From Octopus sinensis (lineage: Eukaryota): 64,000 nucleotides of DNA. Shown here one piece after another: positions 11,850 through 24,980 of the stretch (its first letter is position 1; the number at the start of each line of letters is the position of its first letter). Location of the stretch: assembly GCF_006345805.1 (NCBI RefSeq), contig NC_042997.1, positions 18,476,001 to 18,540,000 of the forward strand. The letters are read 5' to 3'. Under the pieces are notes generated by a model. It worked only from the letters and a program-made list of their open reading frames with translations, had not been told where the DNA came from and did no database searches. Both the position numbers and the translations under genes were made by a program.

Positions 11850-12720
11850 CTATTGATTTCTGGTTATTGTCGTTTAAGAACAGACTTCTTGATTCTGAAG
11901 TAACAAATATTTTGGTCAGTAGCTAAAATGAATATTTCTATATAATTGTTGCGGTATTTGTCGAGCAATTTCTTGGACCCAGAAAGCACGTGTATGGGTA
12001 TTCCTTTATCCGAGTGTGGAGTTCTCAGACTGTGCAGCTGATATAGCATTCCCTGCATTTATTGCATTTTTCCTGGTAGACTACATATGTACATAGACAT
12101 ATATTTGTGTCACAGATAGGACACACATGTTGATCTCAGGGAATAGTTTTGTGGCACGCACTCAATGTAAATAGGATTTACAGTAAGATAGACATGTGTC
12201 TAACCCGTGGATTTTCGAATTGCAACATATATGATAGTTTAAAGAAGCAAGTATTATTGTGGTGTTCGTTACTTTTATGTCATGGACCTTGTTTGGTATG
12301 GGGACAAGAAATGGAGTATACATTAAGTTTCAATACTTTTGAAAATTCGGGTCATAAATGGTTTGGACATTCACTGTGCTACATCTGTTACAAATGCTTG
12401 GTAATTTTTTAAAAATGTAGTTGTGTTGCTTTGAGAGAGATGATTTAAAGTGTAAAGAGAGATCTCTGCAGACTGCTTTCCTTTGGTATCGTTTGATGAC
12501 ATCTACTTCTGAAATGTCGAGCACAAGGTTAAGTAGTAGAATTGCCCCTGTATTATCAGGGTGTACAATACTAAAATCAATGTGTTTATCAGTATTTTTT
12601 AATACCTCAAAGATAGAATTAACTAATTCTCTTCATACATTCCCGAAATACATTAGCCACTGACTAACCTTGCCTTAAATTTCAACAATTGTTTAAGCAC
12701 CTTTCTCGCTATTCCTTCAT
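11850..12720 (-). mobile_element. Degenerate Penelope-like element fragment (RT thumb to GIY-YIG)
   Basis: Minus-strand KCNKCRECYI...LHTRI (GIY-YIG-like) and an upstream LKNTDKHIDFSI segment resembling the PLE RT thumb; many stops. Confidence 0.5.
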
Positions 12721-12859
12721 GCATTCACATTAATCTGTCATTAATCTGTGAGAACATAGAGTCTATGGAATGATATTCATTGCAAATATTGCTTCTTGGG
12801 ATTCTTATTTGCTTCCATCATGAGAAGTTTTTGTATATATATCTATATATATCTTCTCA

Positions 12860-13060
12860 TTTCGGGAAGCGGCAAGATTATCTTTAAGGGATGAAGAGAG
12901 GCCAGATGGTCTTACCTTTGTCCCTCATCTTAGGAGCTAGAGTCAGTGACCTCTTTGCTCCCTCCCACATCCTGGATGCTGCGGTTTAAAGTGCCAACTA
13001 TTTGATGGACACTCTCTCTTTAATGGACTAAATTATAATACTGATAGCTTCTGAAACTCA
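12860..13060 (+). mobile_element. CRE-clade non-LTR fragment
   Basis: ERPDGLTFVP and DLFAPSHILDAAV; DNA homologous to the reverse complement of 20175-20245. Confidence 0.6.
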
Positions 13061-14339
13061 GTATTGTAAGCTGACATGACGTTAATGAATTATACAGTCT
13101 CTTGACGTTTGCCATACTGAGTTGTATGTAGTATGCTAAAATAAAGTGGTACCTATTTACAGATGAATAGACTGTGCATATGTCTATGCATTAATGTCGA
13201 CTATACAGCTGGTAGCCTGATACCTTATGAAGTCAGCCAATTGCTACTCTCTAAACAGTGCACTAAATGGTCAATATCAATATACCTGTCAGTCATGACA
13301 GAAATGTTATTAAAAGGAATTACAAATATATCTTTCATCACCATCACTTTTTCAATCGATATTGTTTGTTATTAACTCAGCTCTGACTTTGGTAAATTAG
13401 TATTAATTAAATTTGGCATTCCTTTCCATGCATGAAAGCAATTATTAGTCTATGATATATAAACAATTATCTTAGTCTGCATAAACATTTTTATTTTATT
13501 TCTTTTGCTTTATGTATAATTTTCCTAATGTTTATTATTTGCTTGATGGCAAATTTAACTGATTACCTCATAAACATACATAAACAAAAACACACATACA
13601 AATGAATACATTCATTTTGATTCATGTGTGATGTACATTTTGTATTTAACATCTTTGAGAAAATCCACATTTTAAATAAACAATTTTGAAATGGAAAACA
13701 CAGCACTTTATTTGTTATAAATTGGTGGCAAGCAATGTGTAAAAGGTCAGATCTTAGAGGACCAAATCCCCAACCTGGTTTCATTTCTTCATTGCACATA
13801 TTTCAATTTACTTACATGGTCAATTTCATAGCAAAAAGCATGACTGTCTGTAGTTTTATTTACCTTCTCCTTGTAGTCAATAATAGATTTTGCTTAATGA
13901 TATGAAAATTCAAACATTCTGGGGTTTAACTTCATATCACATTATGATTGAAATAGAATATATTTGTTTTGCTTATTTAAGGATATGTTAATATTGTAGC
14001 ACATAATGACATAATCTACTGACATTCACTATTCCCCAAGTAGATAGATTCTCTTATCAGTAACTGATTAAGTTCTTTTACTAATATTGTATGGTTCAAT
14101 GTTATGTCATTTTACCTATTCAGACAATTTGAGCAAAGACCAAATTAGCAAATAAATATCTATCCAGTTGATTGGCCTACTAGAAGTAGTAAATAAAGGC
14201 CTTTCAAATCGCATTCTATCATTACTACACAACAACAACGATATTAATATATGTATCTCCCTATTGTAATATCTGTATATTCTTATTGATATATATGTAT
14301 GTTCCTATTGTAATATATGCATGCTCATATATATAGTAT

Positions 14340-14550
14340 AACGCGACCGCGTGTGTACCGTTGGTGATTTTTTTCCTGTCTTCCCTTCTCTGGATCTTTC
14401 CTTCTCCTATGTTTCCGACGAAGAGCTCAGCTCGAAACGTTAAACCCTCCTTCTTTCCTTCTTTCTTGAGCGTCCAATAATACTATATCTGTTCCACGTC
14501 CTCGCGTTGTTGTGTTTTTTGGTGCTTTCTTGTTTGGATTAACTTTATAT
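14340..14550 (+). mobile_element. Solo Penelope-type pseudo-LTR
   Basis: Contains the hammerhead at 14411-14445 and ttgagcgtccaataatac, homologous to the tail of the 3.0-kb element; ends in (TA). Confidence 0.7.
14411..14445 (+). ncRNA. Minimal type-I hammerhead ribozyme motif (U4C variant)
   Basis: GUUU-CCGACGA-A-GAGC(UCA)GCUC-GAAA-CGUU^AAAC; stems I and II perfect, stem III palindrome ACGU. Confidence 0.7.
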
Positions 14551-17028
14551 AGTATATGTGTTCCTATTTTCCTTTATTGCAATAACAAAATTAACAACAG
14601 TTGTGTTCTACATCGTGCTCTAGAACATTAGGATATACTAGCAATAAGATTTGAACCTAAGGCATAAGAAAAATAATTACTGCATTACAGTTAAAATTAC
14701 ATGCCTTATAGTGGTCTAATCTAGATAGAAAATAGATGTCATTCATATTGTATAAGATATTGACTGATGTTAATAACGAGACACAGTTATTTATATAATA
14801 ACGCATCCATATCAAGATACTGATGTATCGGAATCCTTAACAAGGCAGAAATATAGATACTAAATTGGAACGTTTTAATTAAATTTACAGATAAACAAGC
14901 AATGTTCTGAAAGGGACAGGTGTATTAAATTAACTGTCTTGTTATGAAATGAATAGCATGCATCGATATTAAAATCTGTTACATTTTAAGGATATCTTTT
15001 CATCTTGTATCTTATATTTGAATAACTACAACCTCTGCATAAAATCGGAATATAAATCTTTCTCATATATTTTATTTTATATAATGATACTGTTATTGAT
15101 TCTTTTCCTTTTTTTTATCAACAAGAAAAAATAAATGTAGGAAATTGAATAGAAAATATTTCTTATCAAAAGAATTTGAGATTTCTTAAATGAACCATTT
15201 CTGAAAAGAAAAACCCCAAAAACAAAAACAAAAAAATAATAATAATATGCATTTGTTCTGTTCTTTGACTTGAGTTAGAAAACGAAATGATTTTTCAGCA
15301 TTACATCTCATAAATATTACATAAAATCTCCGTGTATCCATCATCGATTTTACAAACATTTTTCTGTTGGGAGAGATTGCAAGGGTCACTAGTTCTCTCA
15401 CTCTCCCTCATTTCTGTCGTTCCTTCTGTCTCTTTCTTGCATTCTGATTATTTGTCCCTTTCTATCTCCATCTCTCCTGTTGTTCCTATCTAAAGAAATA
15501 TATCAAAGCATAAGCCTTTTAATCACAATAGGATACAATTTCAACAACTGGGAATTCGTTAGCCTTTACAAACCTTTGATTATTCTGCAAGTGAAATTCC
15601 TCCTACTCATATATCTCCAGTAAGATGTCTTCTGGGGGTCATACGACAACATTTCCAGGGATATATGAAGACAAAATCATAATTGGAAGTGACAAAGTAT
15701 CATAAGAGATTCCAGTTTCCTTCTACATCAAACAGATCAAATATTCTCAATTCCTCAGACCAGTGGGCTGTTACTGCTTTATCATTCTTTTCCATCACAA
15801 GAACCACAGTAGGCTGTTCTAAGGAAACATTAATACTGTGTTTCTTCTATCAGCCTGTTATTCTTCCATCGTTTACTTTTGAGCTTTTACTTCTACTACG
15901 CATATACCCCTAGGCTGCTCAAAGTTATGTTCTATTCTTTTATTTCCCAAACTACCGAGCACATTTTGTGTATTCATCAAACACAAAGTTGTGCAAATGT
16001 CCACGTTCAACAAACATACGCATTCACTCACAAACTCACGTGCTTTTAAGGCTACACATATCTATAAGTTTCACAGTTTGAAACTCAAATTTTGAGGGGG
16101 GATTTCAATTCACATCTTTCTATTTAATCTGTATACATAAACACATTTATACACAAACACTCGGACACACATACACTTAAATACCTAAGCACATATCTAA
16201 AGACAACACTAATATGTTAAAGTGCTCAAACACAATTAGTGTATTCAGTTTAAGAAACAAAAACCAACCAATATTTTTATAGTTCTGACCCCAAAAATTA
16301 ATTATCTATTATATAAAAAAAAAATTAAATTTTAATTAGCCGTCTATATACATCAGTGTGATGGCAAAATTTATTAAAATATACGCGTATATAATGTCTT
16401 CATACAAAACGTCTTATGAATATATACATACATAATGCAAAGCACACACACATATCCACGCACAAAGATAGAAGCGCATTTATGTGTATATGTGTGTGTG
16501 TGTGTATGCGTGCGTGTGTGTGTCTCTATGTCTTCACAAATACTTTCATACACATAAATGTCTAAAATGAACATAACACGAAAGATCGTTTATTTATTTA
16601 GCAAATCATCTAACGTACGTTTCATTAGCAAATAATGATTATTACGTACATAATGTAAATTACATAATCAAAATATCTTGTCAAATCCTCAGAGATGTGC
16701 AACGTCTCAATGGAACATTACTGGACGGTTGCCAGTAGCTATCTCTATAAACGTTTACTTATGACAACAATTCAACTGTCCAATAACGTATGGTACAAAA
16801 GTGCAAGTCTCTGAAAATTAAACAAGATCATTTAATTATGTAATTAACATAGTGTAATTAATCATATTTTGTTATGGAGACACACGTATACGTTTTCTTT
16901 TATAATGTACTCTCTGTGACGTATACAACATTCAGTTTCGTATCAAATGAAACAAGTATAACACGAATGAGAATGCACAAGAAGTTCTAAATACTGATTA
17001 TAGATCATGCAATTTAAGTTTTAAATTG

Positions 17029-17032
<4 letters not shown>

Positions 17033-17114
<82 letters not shown>

Positions 17115-17175
17115 ATATATATATATATATATATATCTATCTGTCTGTCTGTCTGTTTGCCTGTCTGTCTGTCTG
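17033..17175. repeat. (ATCT)n/(TA)n/(CTGT)n compound microsatellite
   Basis: Direct inspection. Confidence 0.95.
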
Positions 17176-17216
17176 TAAATACAAGCATGATTTTATATAT
17201 ATGTATATATATATAT

Positions 17217-17305
17217 ATAAATGAAGTTAAATATATGTCCGACCAAAGAGTGACCAATGGTTTCGCACCCACAAAGCGCTTAGCTTTTTAGGCGACTCTT
17301 CAGCC
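17217..17305 (-). ncRNA. Hammerhead-bearing pseudo-LTR fragment (left copy of an inverted pair)
   Basis: CUGAAGA-stem II-GAAA-CCAUUGG-UC^; core at 17297-17303, GAAA at 17261-17264, GUC at 17252-17254. Confidence 0.6.
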
Positions 17306-17496
17306 TACAATGGCCGTGGCCATATAACTTCTCTTGAGTTTAAGATAGACTCCGGTTCCAGTGAGTCTTTAAGGATCCAAGGTGTCCCATAAACCCAAGA
17401 CACGAGATTTATAGCCCCTACCCCTATTTTAAACTCTACCTGTTGCAGGCGTGGGATCCTCTGTTCGTCGATTAGGGCTATAAAAAGTATTGTTAT

Positions 17497-17582
17497 CTGA
17501 AGAGCTGCCTATAAAGCTAAGCACTTTATGGATGGGAAACCATTGGCCACTTTATGACTGGGCATATATTTAACTTCATGTA
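17497..17582 (+). ncRNA. Hammerhead-bearing pseudo-LTR fragment (right copy, degenerate)
   Basis: CUGAAGA...GAAA-CCAUUGG-CC; inverted homolog of 17217-17305 through catatatttaacttcat. Confidence 0.5.
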
Positions 17583-17637
17583 AATACATTACTACTCTAA
17601 GCTTTAGAGTGTGTTTCTCTTTTAAATGATCAACTGA

Positions 17638-17695
<58 letters not shown>

Positions 17696-18308
17696 ATAGC
17701 GTTATATTTTATTTTACAAATTTATTGATTTAGTAGAGTGATTTTGGTTTTGCCATTAGAAGCACTTCTCTTCAGAAACGAAATTCATTTTGAATCTGTA
17801 AATGCAGTAACTTTTTTTTTATCAAAGTATTTCTTAGCTACTCAAAAGTTTGATGCTAACTTAACTCAAAAGAGTTTAAGATATGAAATAGAAAGAAATT
17901 AGTTTTACGAGAAAAGGTGTCGCCAAAGAGTCAGTGATAGAAAGGTAATAATCCAGACGGTGTCATTACATATTAGATGAAAACGAATATACATAAAAAC
18001 GTTAAATCAGCAACTATGAATAAATAAGTAGTTAGATACACGCACACACAATTATAACATAAAGAAATTATGCTTAGATACCCAATCGAATAAGTGATAT
18101 ACTAGATTATACATACAGACATATACATGTATTCATATTGTCGTATGTAATGATATATGTGTTTGTGTGAGTGTATGAGTACGTATGTATATATATCCTC
18201 ATTTACAAGTGCTTTATACATATATATATATATGTGTGTGTGTACGTATATACTTGTATAGAATACATGCATGCACGTACATACCTCTATAGACATCAAA
18301 ATATACCC

Positions 18309-18340
<32 letters not shown>

Positions 18341-19178
18341 GAATACATATGTACGCATTTTCATATGCCTATATAAATCCCGGCACATGTATGAATACAA
18401 ATAGAACCATTTACATACTTGACGTACAAAATTATACGTAAATACATTCATATTAGTGCATAAAGAAATATCATCTCTACATGACAGCAAAAATATTCAA
18501 ATGAGCATGAATAATCCAAGGAAATAAAATTGAAATGCTATGTAAAACATTTTGGGCATAATAACGATTCAAACTCCAATTTTACCGTTCTATTTTTTTT
18601 TTGTGAGCACCATATCAAACATAGAGAATTTGTATTTTATAGAATAATCGAAAAGAAAACACCCCTCCCCTAAAACTCTCATCCCTATTTCTTTTTCTAT
18701 CAATTTTCAGGATTGTAGTAATCCATATGTTATCTTTCTAAAAGGATATCATTGACACTTTTTCGAAGTATTATATTTAGTAAGAAAATAGCCTTTTCTG
18801 AACGGATTTGTGAAGAATCCCTTTTCGAAGGAATTTCTAAAAGAAGATAACAAACATAAGAGATTTTAATACTGCCCATGTCCATTCTGATAAAACTGGT
18901 GATTATCTTGCCGTGTGTTCTTACCATAGATGTTTTCATTTATTTAATACAATTCGAAAAAGTTGCTATTATAATATTTTTATTTCATTCATTTCCCCAA
19001 ATGTAGTCAGAATGCTATGAATTTGAACTTTAAGATTTCTTTTGAACCACAGTCTTAGGATCGTACCGAAACGTTCGATCCTTTAACTCTACATTTTACT
19101 CTGAAGATATACAAATTTGATTTTGTTAATAATGCACCTATTAAGCTGGTCAATCCTACGTAGTCGGATATAAGTCGA

Positions 19179-19239
19179 ATTAGCCAGAATATTACTTAAT
19201 TAGCCAGAATATTACTTCAAATTAGCCAGAATATTACTT
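19179..19239. repeat. Three tandem copies of a ~20-bp unit
   Basis: AATTAGCCAGAATATTACTT x3. Confidence 0.9.
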
Positions 19240-19899
19240 AAGATAAGGAATTCCTGTGCAATGATAGACCAGTTCAAAAGTATCCTTCATCAGAGCTTTG
19301 TCAAATTCTCAAATTTCTATAAACAAATATCATGTCTCTTCACTGTTATTATTTAATAATATCAATTTTGCTGACACTATAACTGAGTTATAAAAATTTT
19401 GAGGTCGATGCGATTATCCATGCTCATAAAACTGATAAAATCTGATTATTTTATCTGCATAAAAATGTTTGATTGCACGTTATTTGCCATGAGTATGGAG
19501 ATGAACCATTCGGCCGAGATCATAGACCTTATCAGTCTAATGTTACTATTTAATTATAGGAAGGCGTTTATTCAGAGACGGTGGCTTATTGGCCACAAAC
19601 AGATACCTTTATACAGGTCTACAGATAAGTTTAAGGTCTGGTTTCTTTTTCAAAGGTGTTTTGTCTTCCAGCAGCGTTGGATGCATATCTATCTGTAGCA
19701 AATTTATTTTATATTAATATAAATTTAATAATTACATATATAACACGTATACATATGATACATATATCATACAAAATCACATTGGAATACAAATCCCAAA
19801 CCAGAAACCACAAACATGAGCGAAGAAAGAAAGGAAATGAAAGAATATCAATTCAACACTAAGTGCTTCAATTGGTCACACACTACAAAGTTCAACGGA

Positions 19900-20760
19900 A
19901 CCTACTGAAGCAAGCCAACACGCTCGGGGCATTATCGCGAGTGATGGTGAGGCTAAGGCGATGGAATAGCTAGGCATTCTCACAAACATCAACTAACACC
20001 TCGGCAAGGTGAGCCACCAACGATGATAAGAACTTAGCTGTTAGCGACGCAGCCCCCTGCCCCCCCCCCCCCCAACGTCTCAAATGACACATGCTGAAAG
20101 AAATTGTTCACTGACAAGTCCTGATACTTAAGGGTTTTGTTTCGTTCTGTTATGGAAGCAGAGATCCTCCCATTTACCGCAGCATCCAGGATGTAAGGTG
20201 GAGCAAAGGAGACTGACTGTGGCATCCTAGATGAGGCAATTACCGTTACTCAGAGACAAATAATAAGACCAACTAGTTTCTTCCCATCACTTCTGGATAA
20301 TCTTGCCAGTTCTAGAGAGGGGGATATTAACGTGAGCCAGGGCCTGCTTAATGACTAGTCTTAGCTTGGTGTAACGAGCGAAACGATCAGCATTTAGGCA
20401 GCAAGGCAAACCATGAAAATCTGTGGAGACGAGTGGCCTACCATAACGACATACATCCCAGCCCCCACCCCACGTACGTCAGCTCCCACTCTGAATGCAA
20501 TGGAGATGGTAAGCTCATCCAGACTAAGTAGCCCACCAATGTTGGCCACGGGCAGGGCATCAGTCCAGTCCCCATAAGAGTTGAGCATTTGCAGAAAGTA
20601 GGCGACACCTTGAAAATTGATAAAATTGATCAAAGAGAGAGTTGAACTTAGTACCTGAGCACAAATTGTTTTATACTCTCTGCTTGCTTCTACCTTCAGC
20701 TGTATCAGGAACTGACAATCCCACCTCTCTCCAGTATAGCAGAGCTTCATCCTCCTACCA
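19900..20760 (-). mobile_element. CRE-clade non-LTR retrotransposon 3' fragment (RLE domain)
   Basis: GDWTDALPVANIGGLLSLDELTISIAFRVG; APPYILDAAV...TLKYQDL...FQHVSFETLG. Confidence 0.75.
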
Positions 20761-21478
20761 GTTTAGTCGATTTAACACTTATTTCATTAATGAGTAATTT
20801 TTCCCCTAAATAAAACCTAATGGCATTTGTTATTATATCAATGCATTTTCATACATTCTAATGACAAAATATTTAGTTAGAAATATCACACTGATATTAT
20901 TTCATTTTTCAACCAAGAGAAAGGTATTTAAGGTTCACTCAAGCCATCTTAACAAAACATTTGTTCATAGTGGTTTATGAAAGAAATCGTAGTATAGTTA
21001 CTGTGAGTATAGAGTAAGGAAAATAGATCCATTTATTTGATATGGACGTGACTACACCTAGAACTTTAATATTCTTTCTTTACTCAGGAAAGATTTCTCT
21101 CTAGAGCACAGATATTATATAGTTAACAAAATTGCTGTAAAATGATCTTATTCCATAACTCGTAACACCTTCAAAACTTTACATTTTTGAATGTAGCCAA
21201 ATTAATGAATAGTAATAGATACGATGATTATAGCTAGGAGGAATCCGTAGGTAAAACAATATATATATTTATATATATAGTAGTAGTAGTAGTAGTAGTA
21301 GTAGTAATGATAATAATAATAATCCTTGGATCGAATTTATGAATATTTTAATGCTTCGCTACGCGTGTTTCCACAAACCGCATGTTTCTTAAGATCATAG
21401 TCCGTATTCCTGGGATGAACTTAAAGGATATATATATATACATATATATATATGCGTGTATGTGTGTATGTGTGTGTC

Positions 21479-21539
<61 letters not shown>

Positions 21540-22373
21540 GTGTATGTAATATACACACATTCATTCATATATGTGTGGATATGTGCGAGTGCATGGTCCA
21601 GTATTTGATTTATTTCATTGGATATATGTTTATATATTTTGACACATTAAATTTTTAAAAATTACTATATATACGCCAGTGTACATAGATTTAAACATCA
21701 CATGATTGGGAAGACCGAATTAACATTTTTATGCATTCTTTGTTTGTTTTTATCTAAAAATATAACGACGTGGTTTGAATTACTCCTTTCTTTTCGCTGA
21801 TTCTTCGCATAGCGTTCACGGAGAATCAGTTTCATACTTCAAACGTAGGGAATTTTAACTGTTTTGAGTGCAGTCTAAAGTGAAACTGTGTGGCACAAAG
21901 AAATTTACTGCAATAAAAATCATAATTAGAAGAAAAATTGAAGAACAATTTGTGTTAAGGATAGAAGACATGCTTTGCTAAGACAAGAAATCTGTAAAAT
22001 TTGAGTATTATCTCTACAGTCACGTATATAATATCGCACTAAGTTCTCTTTGGAGTTTAGTCTTCTTAATCTCTGATTTTGTGTATTATATATATACATA
22101 CAATTGTGTGTACATACACGCACAAACACAAGCAAGTACACAAATACATACACATACATATATATAGCAGAAATGCATAAATTTCACATATAATTCATGT
22201 AATAATTGTGCTCAACAGCTGTTTCATTGAGATACACATAATTAAATGTAGGATTACAGAATTTTAATGCATAAATAATTAATCTAAATTGAATTAATTT
22301 AAGAGTCCCTTCATTGCGAATCATCAGAAATGTATTTTGTTAATCAGAAAACAGTTATTGTTTTCAATACATT

Positions 22374-22412
<39 letters not shown>

Positions 22413-22699
22413 GAGGAGAAACATTATGAAGAGGAGAAAGAATAAAAAAACTAAATATACAGAAAAGTAAATGTACAAATGCGTGTGTGTGTGTATAGAA
22501 CAAATATGTGCATACATTTTCATACATATCTATACACGCAGATAGATATGTTCACACATCTATATGTTAGTCATTTAGTTCGTCCATCATTGTCGACGAT
22601 GACCAAGGACATCACGTGGAAGAACAAGACGAGGCACGGTTTGTCCGGCTGTGGCCAATTAGTCCGATGCGTGCTGTAAAGGCTGTTCCCCAGGTCAGA

Positions 22700-23030
22700 C
22701 ACTGATGTTTTGTTGGAACTGAAGCCAAGGAGTTGTCTCTGGGCTTGTATACTTCACGTTTTCTATGTGCCCCTGCTGATATGCCAAGCATTTACAAACA
22801 GCTGAAGAGGCGCGCAAGTCAGGTGGGTTGACTACCTTGTTCGATTGCCTGACATGTAACTCCCCAAGAGACTGTTTTACAGCGAACTGGCAGAAGGCAA
22901 CCGACATGCAACGCAGACAGAAGAGGCGCGTCAAGGACACACTCAAAGCCTCATTGAAGAGGTTTGACATCAACCCCGATACAGGATAATGAGACCTCTT
23001 TGTATGATGAAGCTGCACCAACAGATATGC
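22700..23030 (+). mobile_element. RTE LINE C-terminal fragment
   Basis: PKRLFYSELAEGNRH...QKRRVKDTLKASLKRFDINPDT. Confidence 0.85.
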
Positions 23031-23567
23031 CAACTCCTATGAACCTGCTAATACACATAAGGTATACTTACATACATATATACACAAACATATACAAAGG
23101 CTAACACACACACACACATATATATATGGAGAAAAGTCAAATTAGAAAATGCTAAAATAATTTTATAAAAAACATTTCAGTCATTGAGATTTTTTCAACT
23201 GTAAATATGGAAAATAATTAAATTTTGCAAAAATTAAAAGAAAAGTTTTTTTAAAAGAATATTTGTAAAGTGTTCAAATACAAGTGGTATTTTCCTTGTT
23301 TGTGCCTGTCTCTGTCTGTCTTGTTTACTCTTGTGAATTCTTGGTATGCACATACATACTAGCAAAGCAAGGATATTAAGAATATTAAGAATAAAATTAA
23401 GAATATTTGTGTGTGTGTGTTTGTGTGTGCATGCGTGCGTGTGTGCCCTCGCGTCTGTGTGTGTGTGTGACATTTTTTCATATACAGTCGAAATATACGT
23501 ATCTCTACACATTCAACAATGTTTCAAAATGGATAGAGGAAGTCTAAGTATATATATATATATATAT

Positions 23568-23691
23568 ATACAAAATAAGAAAATGGAGAAATACATCGAA
23601 ATCAAATATCAATTACCAGATCTGATGATTGAGTATTATCTGGTAATTGATATTTGATTTCGATGTATTTCTCCATTTTCTTATTTTGTAT
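23568..23691. repeat. Perfect inverted repeat, ~54-bp arms, 16-nt loop
   Basis: atacaaaataagaaaatggagaaatacatcgaaatcaaatatcaattaccagat and its reverse complement at 23638-23691. Confidence 0.95.
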
Positions 23692-23863
23692 TATGAATTT
23701 GTGGTAAAACATTTTACCTTTGCCCATATAATACAATAAATGAATTAATTGTATCGCAATTCTTAACATTTATGTATTAACTTGTTGGGTACCTCATTAG
23801 CATTATATTAGATATATGGTATCCCATGGTGGGTTGCATTTACAACCTCTATCTCAATTTGTA

Positions 23864-23964
<101 letters not shown>

Positions 23965-24539
23965 ATATACATACATATATATACATATATATATATATAG
24001 ATACAAATGATACAAATGCATACATACACACACGCGCACACACAAATTTATATACACACACATATGTATATATTCCAAATAGCTAAGTCAATCATCAAAC
24101 CAAACCACCAAACTATTTGGTTGGACTTATACGACTTGATACCAGTACAAACTAACCGCTTAAGACTTCACTTATGCGGATACTCTAACAATGATTTGAA
24201 ATCGTTTGTTTTGTATATAGTCCAATGGTCTAAACAGAACAGGAGGAGACACGTAGAATGAAAGAGTCGCTGAAAAGGTCACAGGTGTGTAACGAAAGCT
24301 TTCCAGACAACGGACATAAGATAAAATAAGAACACTAATAAAAGAGTGAATAACGAATATAGTGTGCATGTGTTTATTTGGCAAGAAAAAAATGATCTTC
24401 CCGAAATATAACATCTGTTTCAACTCACCGATCTCACATCAGGTATCTTGCAAAACAAATTCCTAAACGTATACATAAATTTAGTAGAAAGGATTATTAT
24501 TTGTATTCACTTAACTGATTTATCAATGTCTATGTCACA

Positions 24540-24860
24540 TCTCAGTTTTATCCCACAGCTTAGAGACGCGACACTTTCCCAAACACAGGAGTTGCTCCAA
24601 GTGTTGCTGCCATCTGAGTACTCCCTAAGATGTTTGGTATCTTCAACTTTTAATACCAGAATATTATTCTTTTTTTTCAGATGGTTCCAGGTGCATCGAT
24701 CACAAAAGGTGCCACATTCACTTTTGAGACTCTATGGATACTTTCCACTTTCAATCCTAATTCTCTGTACTGCCTGATATTCTCGCCCTCTGTCTTAACA
24801 ATGGATTGGTTTGTGAGTAAAGCTACGCCAATGCAGATCCATTCTTTAGTCACCTTCAGT
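24540..24860 (-). mobile_element. Older R4/Dong-like RLE C-terminal fragment
   Basis: ENIRQYRELGLKVESIHRVSKVNVAPFVIDAPGTI...TQMAATLG. Confidence 0.6.
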
Positions 24861-24980
24861 AGGAGTGAGATATATGGTTGATTATATAGCAGCTTTTTTG
24901 TCTGTAAATAGTGGCTTATCCTATATGTTACTGTTATTGTTGTTGTTGTTGTTACTATTATTATTATTATTATTATTATT

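Noticed and set aside
12915-13030. Apparent minus-strand exon with a gtaaga donor
   Set aside because: It is the antisense of a CRE retrotransposon fragment (RPDGLTFVP)
18730-18939. Minus-strand ORF with a strong acceptor near 18840
   Set aside because: The upstream candidate exon has stops in all frames and there is no phase link to the other exons
19058-19110. GGATCG..GAAACGTT.CGATCC and a nearby CTGAAGA as a hammerhead
   Set aside because: The core and GAAA cannot be arranged with paired stems I and II; at most a deleted remnant
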